From NCBI GenBank assembly GCA_051362555.1, contig CM120641.1, forward strand, positions 27,286,401-27,350,400: a stretch of 64,000 nucleotides of DNA. Reading direction: 5' to 3'. Positions 43,500 through 55,700 of the stretch are shown one piece after another. This stretch comes from Lingula anatina (lineage: Eukaryota; Animalia; Brachiopoda). The position numbers were made by a program, and so were the translations under genes. Every line of letters starts with the position of its first letter. Positions within the stretch are counted from its first letter, which is position 1. A model generated the notes under the pieces. That model did no database searches and was not told where the DNA came from. It was given only the letters and a program-made list of their open reading frames with translations.

Positions 43500-43786
43500 A
43501 TTTAAAATCTTAGATAACTTTCAATACCATTGTCTCATCCATGTCAGAGGAAGTTTAATTCTTTAGATATATAAACAAACTGAGGGCATGATAAAGAGCA
43601 AGACATTAAAAAAAGTTGGTCAACAATCCACCATTGGAAATCGACACTTACAGAGTCTGATGCATCTGCTCGTTGTAAATGTTGCCTTCTTTCCTTTACT
43701 GATTTCTTTGTCGTTGTTCTACCATCTGGTGCAGGAGATCTTTCAATGGGCCTTTTTGGTGTCACTGCATCACTTGAGGAGGACAT
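23755..43786 (-). CDS. OSBPL6: Oxysterol-binding protein-related protein, subfamily III (ORP3/ORP6/ORP7 type), PH + FFAT + ORD, ~936-955 aa
   Basis: Exons (GT-AG, phase-consistent): 43652-43786, 40870-41082 ([16 protein letters not shown]), 37215-37268 ([14 protein letters not shown]), 35633-35746 ([12 protein letters not shown]), 35118-35277 ([16 protein letters not shown]), 34572-34712 (RVAAWLMDS), 34105-34196, 33138-33245, [32615-32650], 31374-31584 (HLSSSNPNL), 30932-31074, 30302-30406, 29729-29830 (FFAT: [10 protein letters not shown]), 29355-29427, [29080-29100], 28044-28207 ([19 protein letters not shown]), 27666-27740, 27210-27347 ([17 protein letters not shown]), 26414-26477 ([13 protein letters not shown] fingerprint), 26170-26248 (KNKFWG), 25612-25747, 25167-25311, 24649-24775 ([13 protein letters not shown]), 24062-24184, 23755-23863 (..[13 protein letters not shown]). 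Likely co-orthologue of OSBPL3/6/7. Confidence 0.93.
25393..25461. repeat. (TA)n microsatellite
   Basis: Read directly. Confidence 0.95.
26990..27193. mobile_element. hAT-type MITE (204 bp), 8-bp TSD
   Basis: Perfect TSD ccaggcag at 26982-89 and 27194-201; imperfect TIR caagggttttcc / agaaaagcccag; internal ctggacagc motifs shared with 43144-43334. Confidence 0.75.
29080..29100 (-). CDS. OSBPL6: Candidate 21-nt microexon of the ORP gene
   Basis: ctgttctttcctgcag|GAGATATCCAAGAAGGAAATG|gtagtg; phase 1-1, in frame, encodes GDIQEGN between the acidic tract and the ORD. Confidence 0.6.
30514..30636. repeat. Perfect 31-bp inverted repeat with 61-nt spacer (intronic hairpin)
   Basis: cttttcaatttctacacttacttgaactgta (30514-44) / tacagttcaagtaagtgtagaaattgaaaag (30606-36). 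Confidence 0.9.
32341..32566. mobile_element. MITE family A, diverged copy
   Basis: gggttcccata..agatcgatcta..tgggaatggtccc, TTA on both sides (32338-40, 32567-69); core similar to 61532-61740. Confidence 0.7.
32615..32650 (-). CDS. OSBPL6: Candidate 36-nt cassette exon of the ORP gene ([12 protein letters not shown])
   Basis: Branch-like tctgac, pyrimidine tract, gcag|CGCCATCGTGAACGACGCCATACTACTGCTGTGCTA|gtgagt; phase 0-0, matching the flanking exons; a CpG-retaining island in an AT-rich intron. Confidence 0.7.
36207..36240. repeat. (CT)n microsatellite
   Basis: Read directly. Confidence 0.95.
39106..39176. repeat. (TA)n microsatellite
   Basis: Read directly. Confidence 0.95.
41832..42250 (-). 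other. Candidate alternative first exon of the ORP gene, ending in the initiator ATG
   Basis: ..TGA ATC GTA AGG ATC GAA GAA ATG|gtaagt (ATG 41834-41832) splices in phase 0 to the exon starting at 41082 (DSDDSLSV..). The 5' boundary is uncertain. Confidence 0.55.
42915..43087. mobile_element. MITE family C (173 bp), 5-bp TSD
   Basis: ctggggtagcacta..tagcgctaccccag; TSD tcaat at 42910-14 and 43088-92; same length as and highly similar to 17767-17939. Confidence 0.88.
43144..43334. mobile_element. hAT-type MITE (191 bp), 8-bp TSD
   Basis: TIR caggggtttacccag / ctggggaaagccttg (12/15); flanks atcacgaa / atcacaaa (7/8). Confidence 0.7.
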
Positions 43787-43830
43787 CCTGCAATCACAAT
43801 ATAAGTGTATGTTATAAGTTCTGTAATAAA

Positions 43831-43832
<2 letters not shown>

Positions 43833-43873
<41 letters not shown>
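43833..43873. repeat. (GT)n microsatellite
   Basis: Read directly. Confidence 0.95.
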
Positions 43874-43876
<3 letters not shown>

Positions 43877-44613
43877 ACAGACGTGCATGGTTGTGTTCGT
43901 GCACACCACATGCAAATACAGTACTATTACTACTGTAAATATTTCACAACTTCCCATTTGATATATATGTCATATTGTAAGCACCTACATACATTACAAT
44001 ATACTAGTATGTCAGTGATCAGTCGTTATCAGAAAGATGTACAGTTTGTCACCTGAATGAATATATATATCAGTGTCCTATACCATATTCACTAATTCAG
44101 GTGCATGTAATAGTAATAGTAAGTCAGCCCTTTACCATGATAACCATCAAATGTCCTATGACTCATCCTGTAACCTTGGATAATTTATGTTTCTCTATTG
44201 TAAAATAGCGAGCAACATATCATATCAGTGTCACTTTAAAAGTATCCCATCATACAAAGAAAAATAAAAAATATATAACATACAGGTGAGACATTCAAAA
44301 AATTTAATATGAGGCTAAATGATGCCACCACCCACTCTTTCACATTTGTAAATGGTGTGTTTTTCTGTGCAAGTGAATAGAGCTTCATCTTAATATGAAC
44401 AACATGGGTGTAGTCCGGCTTTTTCGTTACAACAATCACTCCAAATGTCATTTCGCAATCCTTGTATTACTTTTTGACTGTCCCATATCATAAGTGACAC
44501 TGACACACTGCCAGCAGAGACATTAACGATTAAGCCTCGGTTCTTGTATGTGTCAGCTGTAACTGCGGCACAAAATTGCTTTTAGAAAGTAACCAAAGTT
44601 GTCACTTACTTAC

Positions 44614-45010
44614 TTCTGGTGTAACTCTACTCTGGGTTTTCTTAACGGGTTGTTATTTCCTGGTATATCAGGACTTGACACGGGTGACGAGCTCCATCCA
44701 ACTTCATGACTAGTGTTACGTTCTCCGATTGTTGTCGTGCACAGACTGTCAGAGCACAGGCTGTTCGGCGAGGCGTTTACTTTTTTCAATGTAGAACTTT
44801 AGATTGAAGAAGTTTTGATCATTACAGATTATTAAGCACAAAATAATATGCTAAGGATAGCTTTAAAACTACTTAATAAGCGGAACTGTGTCAAAAATCA
44901 ATAGTTTATCCAGGTAAATTTCAATTTCAGTAGGGAACATGTAAAGAACGTCACACGAGTTCATTGAATGCTGGGATAGCCGGTGACGTCACAGGAGGGA
45001 ATCGCCTCAT
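44614..45010 (-). promoter_or_regulatory. Probable 5'UTR first exon and promoter of the ORP gene
   Basis: Tandem donor GTAAGTAAGT at 44613, CpG-rich 44680-45000, perfect CRE palindrome TGACGTCA at 44984-44991, short uORFs in the putative exon. Confidence 0.5.
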
Positions 45011-46052
45011 AGTTGTCTTTTTCCGTCTATATTTATTCAAAATTCGATCACTGGTCTCATGTCGATGCTTTATTAAACACTATAATTTTGAACAAATATA
45101 TCATTTCCCTGTCGCCAATAAGATTGTTCTTCAAGAATAATGATAGCATTAAAATACTCGACACATCCTTCCAATATTGCAGCAGGTGCGCCAAGAAGCA
45201 ATCGAGGATGAGAAACGGCGGACTTAATTTTTCATGGTAAATTTTCCACAACTAACAACCTTCATTGTCATTAACATTCTCACACTGTGATCTAACAATG
45301 TAATATCCCCCAATATGTGAAACCCCAAATGCTACGGGTGTTATGACCAAGATTGACAAAAGGCTTCAACAGCTGCCCACTTAAAAATTTAGAATGCTTT
45401 TCCAACATTCTCCCTCAATCAATTAAACCATCGATTGGGTATTCACATCATGCCACTTCTTTTTGTTTTGCTTTGCATACTGTAACAGACCGTTTGAACA
45501 GGAAAAATGCCCCCTAAACCAAAAGCATTATTATTAAAGTACTTCTTGACTCTGGGAAAACACTGATGGAACACACAAGATTATCTGGAGTAGTCATTTA
45601 TTTTCATTTATAGCCAACAGTACATAAACAAAACCTTGCATTTCATATAACCCCAATTTAACATTTTGTGGTATATTTTTTTGTATCATGTCACTGTACC
45701 TCATGCATTTTATCCCTTTATCAGCCAGTTAAATGCAGGCAGGACTACCACTACAATACAGCTAGCAACAATGTCTAAGTTATCTTACATCTGCTTAACA
45801 CTAAAATCTGTACAAAATTTACAATTTAAAAGTTTCGGTGATGATAAATAATACCACTTTCAAGTATTACCTTTCTTCCCTGTGACATATGATAAATAGA
45901 TACAAAATGCACATGCAAATAAGTAGGGAAACCAATTGATCTTTCATGTCTACCCAGTCAAATATCAATGTTAAAAGACCAGCAAGCAGAATTATTATAC
46001 TGTGCACTTCAACAGGAAGATAATTATTACATACATATTTATTTATGCTGGA

Positions 46053-46053
<1 letters not shown>

Positions 46054-46088
<35 letters not shown>
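46054..46088. repeat. Poly-A run (poly-U in the putative WAC 3'UTR)
   Basis: About 35 consecutive A residues; another run at ~28590-28618. Confidence 0.9.
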
Positions 46089-46090
<2 letters not shown>

Positions 46091-46785
46091 TTTACTTGAC
46101 CAGCTTCACCACAGTTAAACTTTAATTTGTTCAGATATTCAGACAGGGTATCATAACAATCGAAGTGCAGCGATGAGAGAAGTTTAAACCTCTATAGCAG
46201 GTCTTTGAAGTGTCACACAAAATGGCACCTCAAATCTATGCCGTCTACTCATGAGGACAGTTTTCCACCGGAGCTTTAGGTTAACAAATATAATGATATT
46301 AAAAGAAAAACCTGGCCTGTTGACCTTATTTCACAAAGAACTGAAAAATGAAGTATCGTGAACTCTTATTTTACCATTAGATGACCATTTAGTTTTTGCT
46401 TTGCTGTACATACAGTAAAGGTTGCACATTATATCTGAGATAAACTCTTTGTAGCAAGACTGCTCATGTATTTCACAGCACTGAATAAAATGCTGCAGTC
46501 CTTAACATTATAACAAAATCACCTTTCCTAACCCTAAAAAAAAGAGCATCCTTTAACAAACAGCTATGGCTCTTTGAACACCCGTGAACATTTACTCAAG
46601 TCACAAAGAAATGCAGCTCGACCTAGCTTCATTTGGCACTGGTGGTAGCAACTGCCTTCTATCCATCAATCCAAACCCCTGGGCTTCAACTCTAGTGTTA
46701 ACCAGTACACATTCCTTTCAGGACAGTGATCAGTGTTTCATAATGCTGGTCACCGAAAAAAAGAAGTCCCATATATGGACTGTAG

Positions 46786-49700
46786 CTATGTGGTTGATGA
46801 TGATGTCTGATTTGATGACATAAATGAACTTGGCCCTTTTTCCAACTCGAGCACTTGTTGCCTTAGGAACAGTATTCTACAATACAAGAAAAGAAGGTAT
46901 ATTAGAACAAGGCAGCAAAGCTGTCAAATGTACAGACAAAAAACAGGAAATAACTATGCACAAAATAGGCTACTGTCAATTCTGATGCAAAAATACATTA
47001 TGTTAAACTGCAAATTCAACATCAAATTTTAATTATCCTCAACAGGTAATACCAATGTAATTAAAATATGTGACAAGTTTACACTTTGAAAATGTATAAC
47101 TTCCAGAAAAAGAAGTCACTTAGACTGCTTTTCCAACTCAGACTGCATTTTAGTCCTGTATTTCTTTTTTGAAAGTTTGGCAATCATAAGTAACATGGTT
47201 TTCCCATAATGGTCATCATGGCAGCAGCACCCAAAATTGTGTTTTCTTCTATTCTGATGCCATATTACATAATGGTTAACAGCATAATGACCATCAACTT
47301 TAATAAAATATTAGTATTATGGATATTCAGAAAATGTGACTAGCAAAGGTCTTCAGGCCCATGGAACTTCAAAGTCACAACTTGAAAATGCCAAAATGTA
47401 AACGAGACAGCACTGTTCTGAAATGTTTTTTTTTTTTCCATTTTTAACAATTTTTAACATAAAACAAAATTAACAGTTTTCTGCCGTTTTTATATGATCA
47501 ACTAAGAAAATTGATGAGATGGGAAAAATATCAACAGAGCAGTGTTAAATGTCCAATCTCTTCCATTCTGAGATTCTGAACATAGTGAATGATTGAATCT
47601 GACAAACTGCAATGATATGAGTTTATTTCCATTTTTGAAACTTTATTACACAATACACGATAACAAGTTTACCATCATTTTTACATAATCAACTAATAAT
47701 GTTGTTAAATTGCAGGAAATGCCAAACAAACACTTTTACGTATCTTATTAGTTCAATAATGAAACTGTTTACATGCCTAAGAATTGAATCTGAGGAAATG
47801 TGAAAAAACTGCATTTCTTTAAAATAATGGCCCGATTATGCTGATTTTTGAACTCAACCTGCGTTTTAGCAGGAATGACCACTCCTGTGAGTTTAATGAC
47901 AATTGGCCTATCTGTTTTTCTTATATTGTGTTTACAGTGTTGCATATATGCTGAAAAGTGAAAAAAAAAGCATAACTACTAAAATAGTGGCCCGATCATG
48001 CTGATTTTCGAACTTGACCTGCGTTATAGTAAGATCGATTACTCCTGTGAGTTTCATGACAAAAAGCTTATCGGTTTTCCTTGAAATGTGTTTACAGTGT
48101 TGCATACATGCTGAAAAGTGAAAAAACAGCATAACTTCTACATTAATGGCCCGATCATGCTGATTTTCGAACTTGACCTGCATTTTATGAATATTCATCA
48201 GCTCTGTAAATATAAAGCCAAAAAGTAAAACTGCCTTCCACTTATCGTGTTTACAATGAAAGTGCATGGCGCCGGCGACAGCGACGGCAACGACAAACGC
48301 AGGTGATGGCAATATGTACAGACACATCTGTACATACTAACTGTACTGTTTGAGAACAGTAAGTGACATGGTTTTTCTTAAATGGTCATCATGGGAGCAG
48401 TGCCCAAAATAGTTTTTTTTCAATTTTTGATGCAATATTACATAATGTTTAACAGCATAATGACCATCAATTTTTAATAATAAAATATTAGTATCATGGA
48501 CAAATAGTAAATGTGACTAACAAAGGTTTTTAGGCCAATGGAACTTCAAAGTAACACCTTAAAAATGCCAAAATGTAAACAAGACTGCACTGTTCTGAAA
48601 TGGGTTAATTTCCATTTTTAACACTTTTTTAACATAAAACAAAATTAATAGGTTACTGCCATTTTTATAAGATCAACTAAAAAAATTGATGAGATGTGAA
48701 AAATATCAATAGAACAGTGTTAAATGTCCAATTTCTTCCATTCTGAGATTCTGAACATAGTGAATGATTGAATCTGACAAACTGCAATGATATGAGTTTA
48801 TTTCCATTTTTGACACTTTATTGCACAATACACGATACAGGGCTCGACATTAGCGCCTGTCCGCCTGTCCGGGACAGGTAAAAAATCAGTTCGGACAGGT
48901 GAAGTTGCAGGGTTGGCTGTCCGACGGACAGGTCATGTTTTGTGAGAAATTTGGAGCAAAAGTCTTTAAAAAAATATATTTTGTTGCATACTAACGTCTT
49001 TTATTCCTTTCCTAGACGGCATTGAAAAGAGTGACCTACTTTTGGCACAAAACACATGCAGTCGCAAAACGAAGTCTGAGTAAACTTACCGCCAAATTAT
49101 GAAAGAGAACACCCTCCAGAACTTCATCAGACAAAATTTATTCACTTATCAGGTTCTTTACTTTATATTTATTTAGATCAAAGTCTACGTGCTCTAGTAA
49201 TAAAGACCGTTCCAAAAACAGAAACTACACAAGTACTGTGCTGCCTGGGTACAAAGCCAGACTGAACTGGATGAACTGGCTATATCTAGTTTGTTGTCAA
49301 GGCAACATACTGCCTGTCAATCAAATACGTTGTATGCTATCTACTCACTACAGAAAGTGAAATCTTTTGGACTGAAGATCTTGTTGAAATGTTGTTTATT
49401 TGCCAAAATGTAACCTGAAATTTTGTATGATGTTTTCTTTAATGTTTCTAGTATCACCTTTGTTATTTACAGTTAAAAAATAGTGCTCAGCTGGAATATG
49501 ATAAATTAACATTGCTGTCATATACCAGTATGATATTGATGTAAGGAAGACATTAGTAATAACAAATATGAGAATTTAAATAAAAAGAAGGAGAACATTT
49601 TATACTTATTTAATTCATATATTTAAAAAAATCAAACACATGATAACCCAAAAAAGAAGTTAAATTGTTAACATAGATATAAGTATTATAAAATGAATAT

Positions 49701-52700
49701 TATTTAACTTTTCATTGAACTATACTCAAATGTTATTAATTTTGAATATTTTAATAAAATTAATGTAACAGTACCCCCTCCCCACTTCCCGCTCAGGGTA
49801 TTTTTTTTTTTCTTTTTTTTTTTTTTTAGCTGTGGTTAAACTTCATGTTATCTGTTATCAAATTGCAGATTTACAATTAGTAGACCCTGTACCCTAAATC
49901 CTAGGAGAAGCCCTGATTGGAACTTTGTTAAATCAGACTTAGACCCCATTTCCAGAGATTAGATCGATCTACTTTAGATCAACCTAACTCCCTGGGGGTT
50001 CACACAAAATAGCTGTCAGCCGAGCAGACACGAAAGTTAATTACCCCCTTACAGCTTGTAGTAGGTGGGACAGACATTTAAGCCGGATTATCTGACAGTA
50101 ATCTAGTGAGACTCCCCGCGGGGATAGATCAATCTAAAAGCTCTGGGAATACAGCCTTATATGCAAGATTTAATCTTCAGGAGTTCACAAGTATGAAAAA
50201 ACAACTTTTTACCTGAAAATAAATGCACTTTGAGGTGCATTTTCCCAGCTCACTTGATTGAGTATTTTGGTAATAAGTACATTAAATGTATGACTACACA
50301 TATCAATTTACAAAGTTCTGGGTATGAATAGAAAAAAAAATTGGTTTTGTTGGACAGGTTGGTTTGAAAATCGGACAGGTCAAATTTGTGACCACCTGTC
50401 CGAAGGACAGGTGCTCATAAAAGTTAGTGTCTAGCCCTGCGATAACAAGTTTACCATCATTTTTACATAATCAACTAACAATGTTGTAAAGATGCAGGAA
50501 ATGTCAAACAAACGCTTTTATGTATCTTATTACTTAAATAATAAGGCTATTAACATGCCCAAGAATTAAATCTGAGGAAATCTGAGGAAATGTGAAAAAA
50601 CAGCATAACTTCTAAAATAATGCCCCGATTATGCTGATTTTTGAACTCAACCTGCGTTTTAGTAAGACTGACCATTCCTGTGAGTTTAATGACAACTGGG
50701 CTTTCTGTTTTTCTTATATTGTGTTTACAGTGTTGCATATATGCTGAACAATGAAAAAAACGCATAACTACTAAAATAGTGGCCCGATCATGCTGATTTT
50801 CGAACTTGACCTGCGTTTTAGTAAGATTGATTACTCCTGTGAGTTTCATGACAACAGGCCTAACGGTTTTCCTTAAAATGTGTTTACAAGGTTGCATATA
50901 TGCTGAAAAGTGAAAAAACAGCATAACTTCTACAAAAATGGCCGGATCATGCTGATTTTCGAACTTGACCTGCGTTTTATGAATATTCATCAGCTCTGTA
51001 AATATAAAGCCAAAAAGTAAAACTGCCTTCCACTTATCGTGTTTACAAGGAAAGTGCACGGCGACGGCATCGCCATCGGCGACGACAGACGCAGGTGATG
51101 GCAATATGTACAGACACATCTGTGTCTGTACATAAAAATATCAACCACTTAATTACCAGAATAAATACTTCCTTAGATTTCACACATGTGCAGAATATTC
51201 AGAAATTTTACAACAATATTACTTCATATGCTCAACTGAACATAAAAATCAGATACATTATCAGAATGTTGCCTCTACAAAGTTTCTTATAATTCAAATT
51301 GATGCATACCTTTGTTCTTGAATTGTGGCTTGAATTTCATCAACCCTGACTAATGACCTGGCCTTCTTCAACTCTGTTGAAACTTTGGTACACAAAAGGC
51401 TGCCAACATTATGAGCTTCCTCAGCATAACGATTTGCCTAAAGCAGAAAAAAGAAGTAGGCTTATAATATTTGGCCAGAATATAATATGGATTAGACAGT
51501 GGGTTAGAATTCACATATTAAAGTTGTTCACTTTCACGCAAAAATTAATACAAGCATCTGTCACTTTGATTGAAACATATATCAAAATATGTACAGGTCA
51601 AGTTCACTTACACCTGTAGCATCTGTACTAATCAAATTCTGAAGAAAAACAAAATATTCTCAAAATATGACAGACAAAATATTCTCAAAATATGACCATC
51701 ACTGAAATCAAGACACCAATAACTGGTATAAACAATTACACCATGTCTATAACTGAGAGACAAAATTCAACTTTCCAACTAAAAGTTAAAGTTTGGCTTT
51801 TTTTAAACAACCTCATTAAATTACCTGTCTTTCAGCATGATCTGCCTGCCACCCTTTCACATGCTCAGTTAGCTTTTCTTTGTAATAGTTGGCTAAAGAA
51901 GGTGCCAGCTGTGGTGTAGAGGACTTGACAGCTGACAAGGATGGCACAGATACACCCTGGACACTACTGTGGCTGGGTGTAGGACTAGCCCTCCTAGAAA
52001 TGTGCAGAAATGGAATCATACAGCTCTTAAAGATCCAATATATAACTCAGTGGATAATGAAATTTCACATCAATTGTTAAATCTACTGTCTCCATGAGCT
52101 AAATAAAGAATACATCAAAGGAGAGCACGTTAATTGTTAAATCTACTTTCTCCATGAGCTAAATAATATAATATATAAAATATATAAAGAATAAAGAATA
52201 CATCAAAATGAGAAAGTTAGTCCCAATATTTCTTGACCATCATTCCAGCTCACTGAATTTCTAAATGAATTTTAAATAATAAATATCAAAATGTCTTAAC
52301 TGTGTTACTGGCAAACCGAATATGACTGAGATTGTATTGTGTTGATTTAATTGATAAGATATACTTACCCTGAAGACCGTACACTATGTTCTGACCGCGG
52401 GCTATCTCTCCCTCCCCTACTGTCCTCTTCAGGCTGTAAGCGGGAAACTACTGGCTTCTGATAAGAGCTATTAACTGATGGGGATTGATGAACTGATGGG
52501 TGGTATGGGGATGAACTAGGAACATCAACTGCACTTGTCCTAGGGGAGTGGCCTGGAGCTGAAAGTGGAAGATACAGAGTAGCAATTTTTCTTGAGGCCT
52601 CTCGAAGCATGCCATATTTAGAACAGCACTGACATGTCCCAAGCAAGAAAAAAATAATGCAATACAATATGACTCAGATTCATTAATTACTAATTTCAAA

Positions 52701-55700
52701 TAAAATTTAAGTTTGTGCAGTATGTAAAAATAAATATCCTAAAGTTAGGAACACACATTGGTTACAGAGATCCTGAAAATGAAATGCCCCTGTGAAACTT
52801 ACTGTTTTGTGCTAATGTAGTCTGTCTGCTTAACAAAGCCTGCTGAAGCTTCTGAAGCGTTTGCAAAGCTGGAAATATAACACCATATATTAAATGAGAG
52901 CAGATATTCAAGAGCATTCAAATAAGGATGTAAAGATACTGTAAAATATATTTGAGAGAGAGAGAGAATAGCAGGAATGCATACAACACTGCTACAAACA
53001 GCCACAGACCTACCTTGTTCTGTCAACTTTTGCCTATCAATATTCTGCAGGGCCTTCTCTCCTAGCTGGGATATTAACTGAGGTAAAGCATTGACACCAG
53101 CCCCTAGATGTTGCTGATTCATTCCAGATCCAGGACTGGAGGTGGGTTTGCTTACGCTACAAGTGGGGGTGGCTGAACTTGGTGTGCTAGCAGCGACAAT
53201 TGGCGTGGTGGACCGTGAAAGGGGTCTAGAGTTTGACTGAGAGTTGCTGGGAGAGCTCCCTGGAGAAATGTCCATGTCTTCCATTTGTCGGCTATCTATA
53301 AAAATGATGATAACAGAATGCAATTGTTGAATAAAACGACCATTTTATATTGTTATACATCATAGGTATTGACAGTACAAGTGCAGCTACAAGAGAAACC
53401 TACCACAACTCATTTCTTAAATGGCTCACAACTTTTCAAAAGCAGCAGTTATGACAATTTAGCAATGAGCTCATTTGAAAAAGTTTTCAAGTTGCATTAG
53501 CCTTACTTTTGTCTGTCACAAAAAAAGTTATACTTTTTCAGCTCACATTGATTTTGTCAAGAACCAATCAGCTGCAACCATATCACAAAGCATCTGTCCC
53601 TTAACAGAATAATTACAAATGTTGCCTGTTCTTTTCTATCAAGCTATGCAGTGAAATCTTAACAAGAATTCATCTTAAATATCCTCTTTTCCAACAACAT
53701 GCCCCACACATTGTTTCACATCTCAATTAACATAACCCACACTTAAATCCAGGGTCTGATTACAGAAAGCGCTACCAGTTAAAGAAGTGATCTCAATTGG
53801 TTAATAGTCTGGAATTAAACAGTAAACAGCCGCATTTTGACAGCAAGGGTGATGGTAATGTAGTATTCAATACAAACATCAATGATGGTATTTTGCTTTT
53901 GTTAAATGTATACCTACTTGGTAAGCAAACACTTCACTGAGTGCAGTGACTCGAGAATGGTATCAAATGAAATTGGCACTAAGTCAATCATGGAAAATGT
54001 TCTTTCTTTTTTCCAGAGGTCTTCCATAAATACAATCTATTCCACAAAAGAAACATGTTCTGTGTTCCCCTTTCTATTAGTATTTTCACAAAAATTTAAT
54101 ATCCGATGCATGAGGTTCCACTTTTAACTCCTTTAAGACTATTGACAGAGGCTAAATAAGAGGGAAAAGTTATTTTACATTTTTCTGAAACATCTCCCAA
54201 AAATTTTGCAGAAAAAAAATGAGTGGCCAAATTACAGTTTATACTGCCATTTCTGTGGCCATCACTTGGGAGTTGGGCCATGCTCTGCTCAGACCCCAGG
54301 CTCCATCAAAGGGAATTACATGAATTTTTTAAACACAAAATGGCAAATATCAAAACTAGTAAGTTATATATATAATTATTTCTGAACTCAAAGTTGGGGC
54401 AGCTTCCTAGTCTTCTTAGTTATTTGCACATCTAACAAAATACCCATTTGACATTTTGCCATTACTTGATGTAAACCAAAACATTCTTAGAATATAACCA
54501 ATAAAATCAGTGTCATTGAAAAAAAATTGCTAACGACAGTCACTCATACACTGCACTGCAAAAAACTGGGCATCTTAGAATACCTAACAGGTCCTGAATG
54601 AACAATATGGTTTTGTTTTGGGCGTATGTAAGTCATAAATTAAGAAAATAATATTTGTTTTTATTATTTTAGATAGGCACCCTACTCTATATCTTAAGGG
54701 ACATTTGTTGTAATTTTGCACCCTCATAGGTACATCATGCCTGAAAATGAAGACAACACTTGAACGGCACAATGGTGCAACACTGAATAACGCTACATAC
54801 AGTAAATCTACCATCAACTGAGATATATACCCTATATGGAGGAGAAATAAAGGACCAAATCTGTCAAAAAGCTTCCAATAATGCAAACAATTCTTTTCTT
54901 TTTAATAGCCCAATGTTCACTCAAATGATCTGAAGCCCCTGTAAAACAAGCTGCCTTACTAAAATCATGAGCCACCTGTTTTATTTTGACCCAATCCCTA
55001 CCCGGCTGCCAAATTCTAAACCAATTCATTCCACTTTGGCAATAATTTGCTATGGTTCAGAAATGGATATATGTGTACTCATAAGTGTTATTTTAGAGAC
55101 AACTTTTCGGGTATTTTAAGTAAGACAGAAGTAAATACACACTATCATTTTGCCAAATGATATATTTTAGTATAACAAGCCCCTTCTGGTATGGCATTGT
55201 GGAGAAAACCATATTCTCTAACCTTCAAGAAATCCCACAAAAGCAAAATAAGTAAATCCCAAATAACAAATACAGCAAAGCAAGACAAATCATGCAAAGA
55301 ACTAATTTACTGGACAAATATATCAAGCAAACAGATGCTATAATAACACATTACCAAGTCCTTACCTTCATTTTCATTCCTCCTGTTTTCTGTACTTGTA
55401 TGAGTGGGTTTTGATATAACAGTAGGAATCCTATTGCCATTAGTATCTGCAGGTCCATTTTGATCCTTACTAGACCACCCTCTTGAGTATGGGGGTGTAT
55501 TTTTTCTATAATCTGCACTTGACTGGCTGGGCACATGTGCTGAATAGTCTGCATATGTTCCAGTTCTTGACTGATGTGATGAAACAGGCCTTTGTGCATT
55601 GTTCTCCTGATTACTACTTCTAGATTCCATAGAGGAGGAATTTTTGTATCTATCGTGTGAATTTTGTCTGCCCGACTCTGGATGCCTCGAGCTGCTTGAA

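Larger units (their letters stand above)
46905..51136. mobile_element. Non-autonomous Helentron/HINE (DINE-1/pearl-like) element, head-to-tail dimer, with internal ~160-bp tandem repeats
   Basis: One end gaacaaggcagcaaagctgtcaaatgtacagaca (subTIR atgtacagaca at 46928). The other end is a hairpin, atgtacagacaca-tc-tgtgtctgtacat (51106-51133), followed by an A-run. No TSD. Repeats with 159-160-bp period (tggcccgat at 47828, 47988, 48147) contain gaacttgacctgcg and are followed by a GACG/GGCG microsatellite-like block. Segment ~47187-48335 is repeated at ~48359-51133. Confidence 0.75.

Noticed and set aside
48838-50439. Transposase inside the 1.6-kb element
   Set aside because: No long ORF; the interior is AT-rich, so the element is non-autonomous.
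47932-51119. Two similar ORFs (131 aa and 189 aa) suggesting a duplicated novel gene
   Set aside because: Both are read-throughs of the 159/160-bp tandem repeat in the HINE units, with frame-disrupting indels between copies and no transposase or Rep/helicase motifs.
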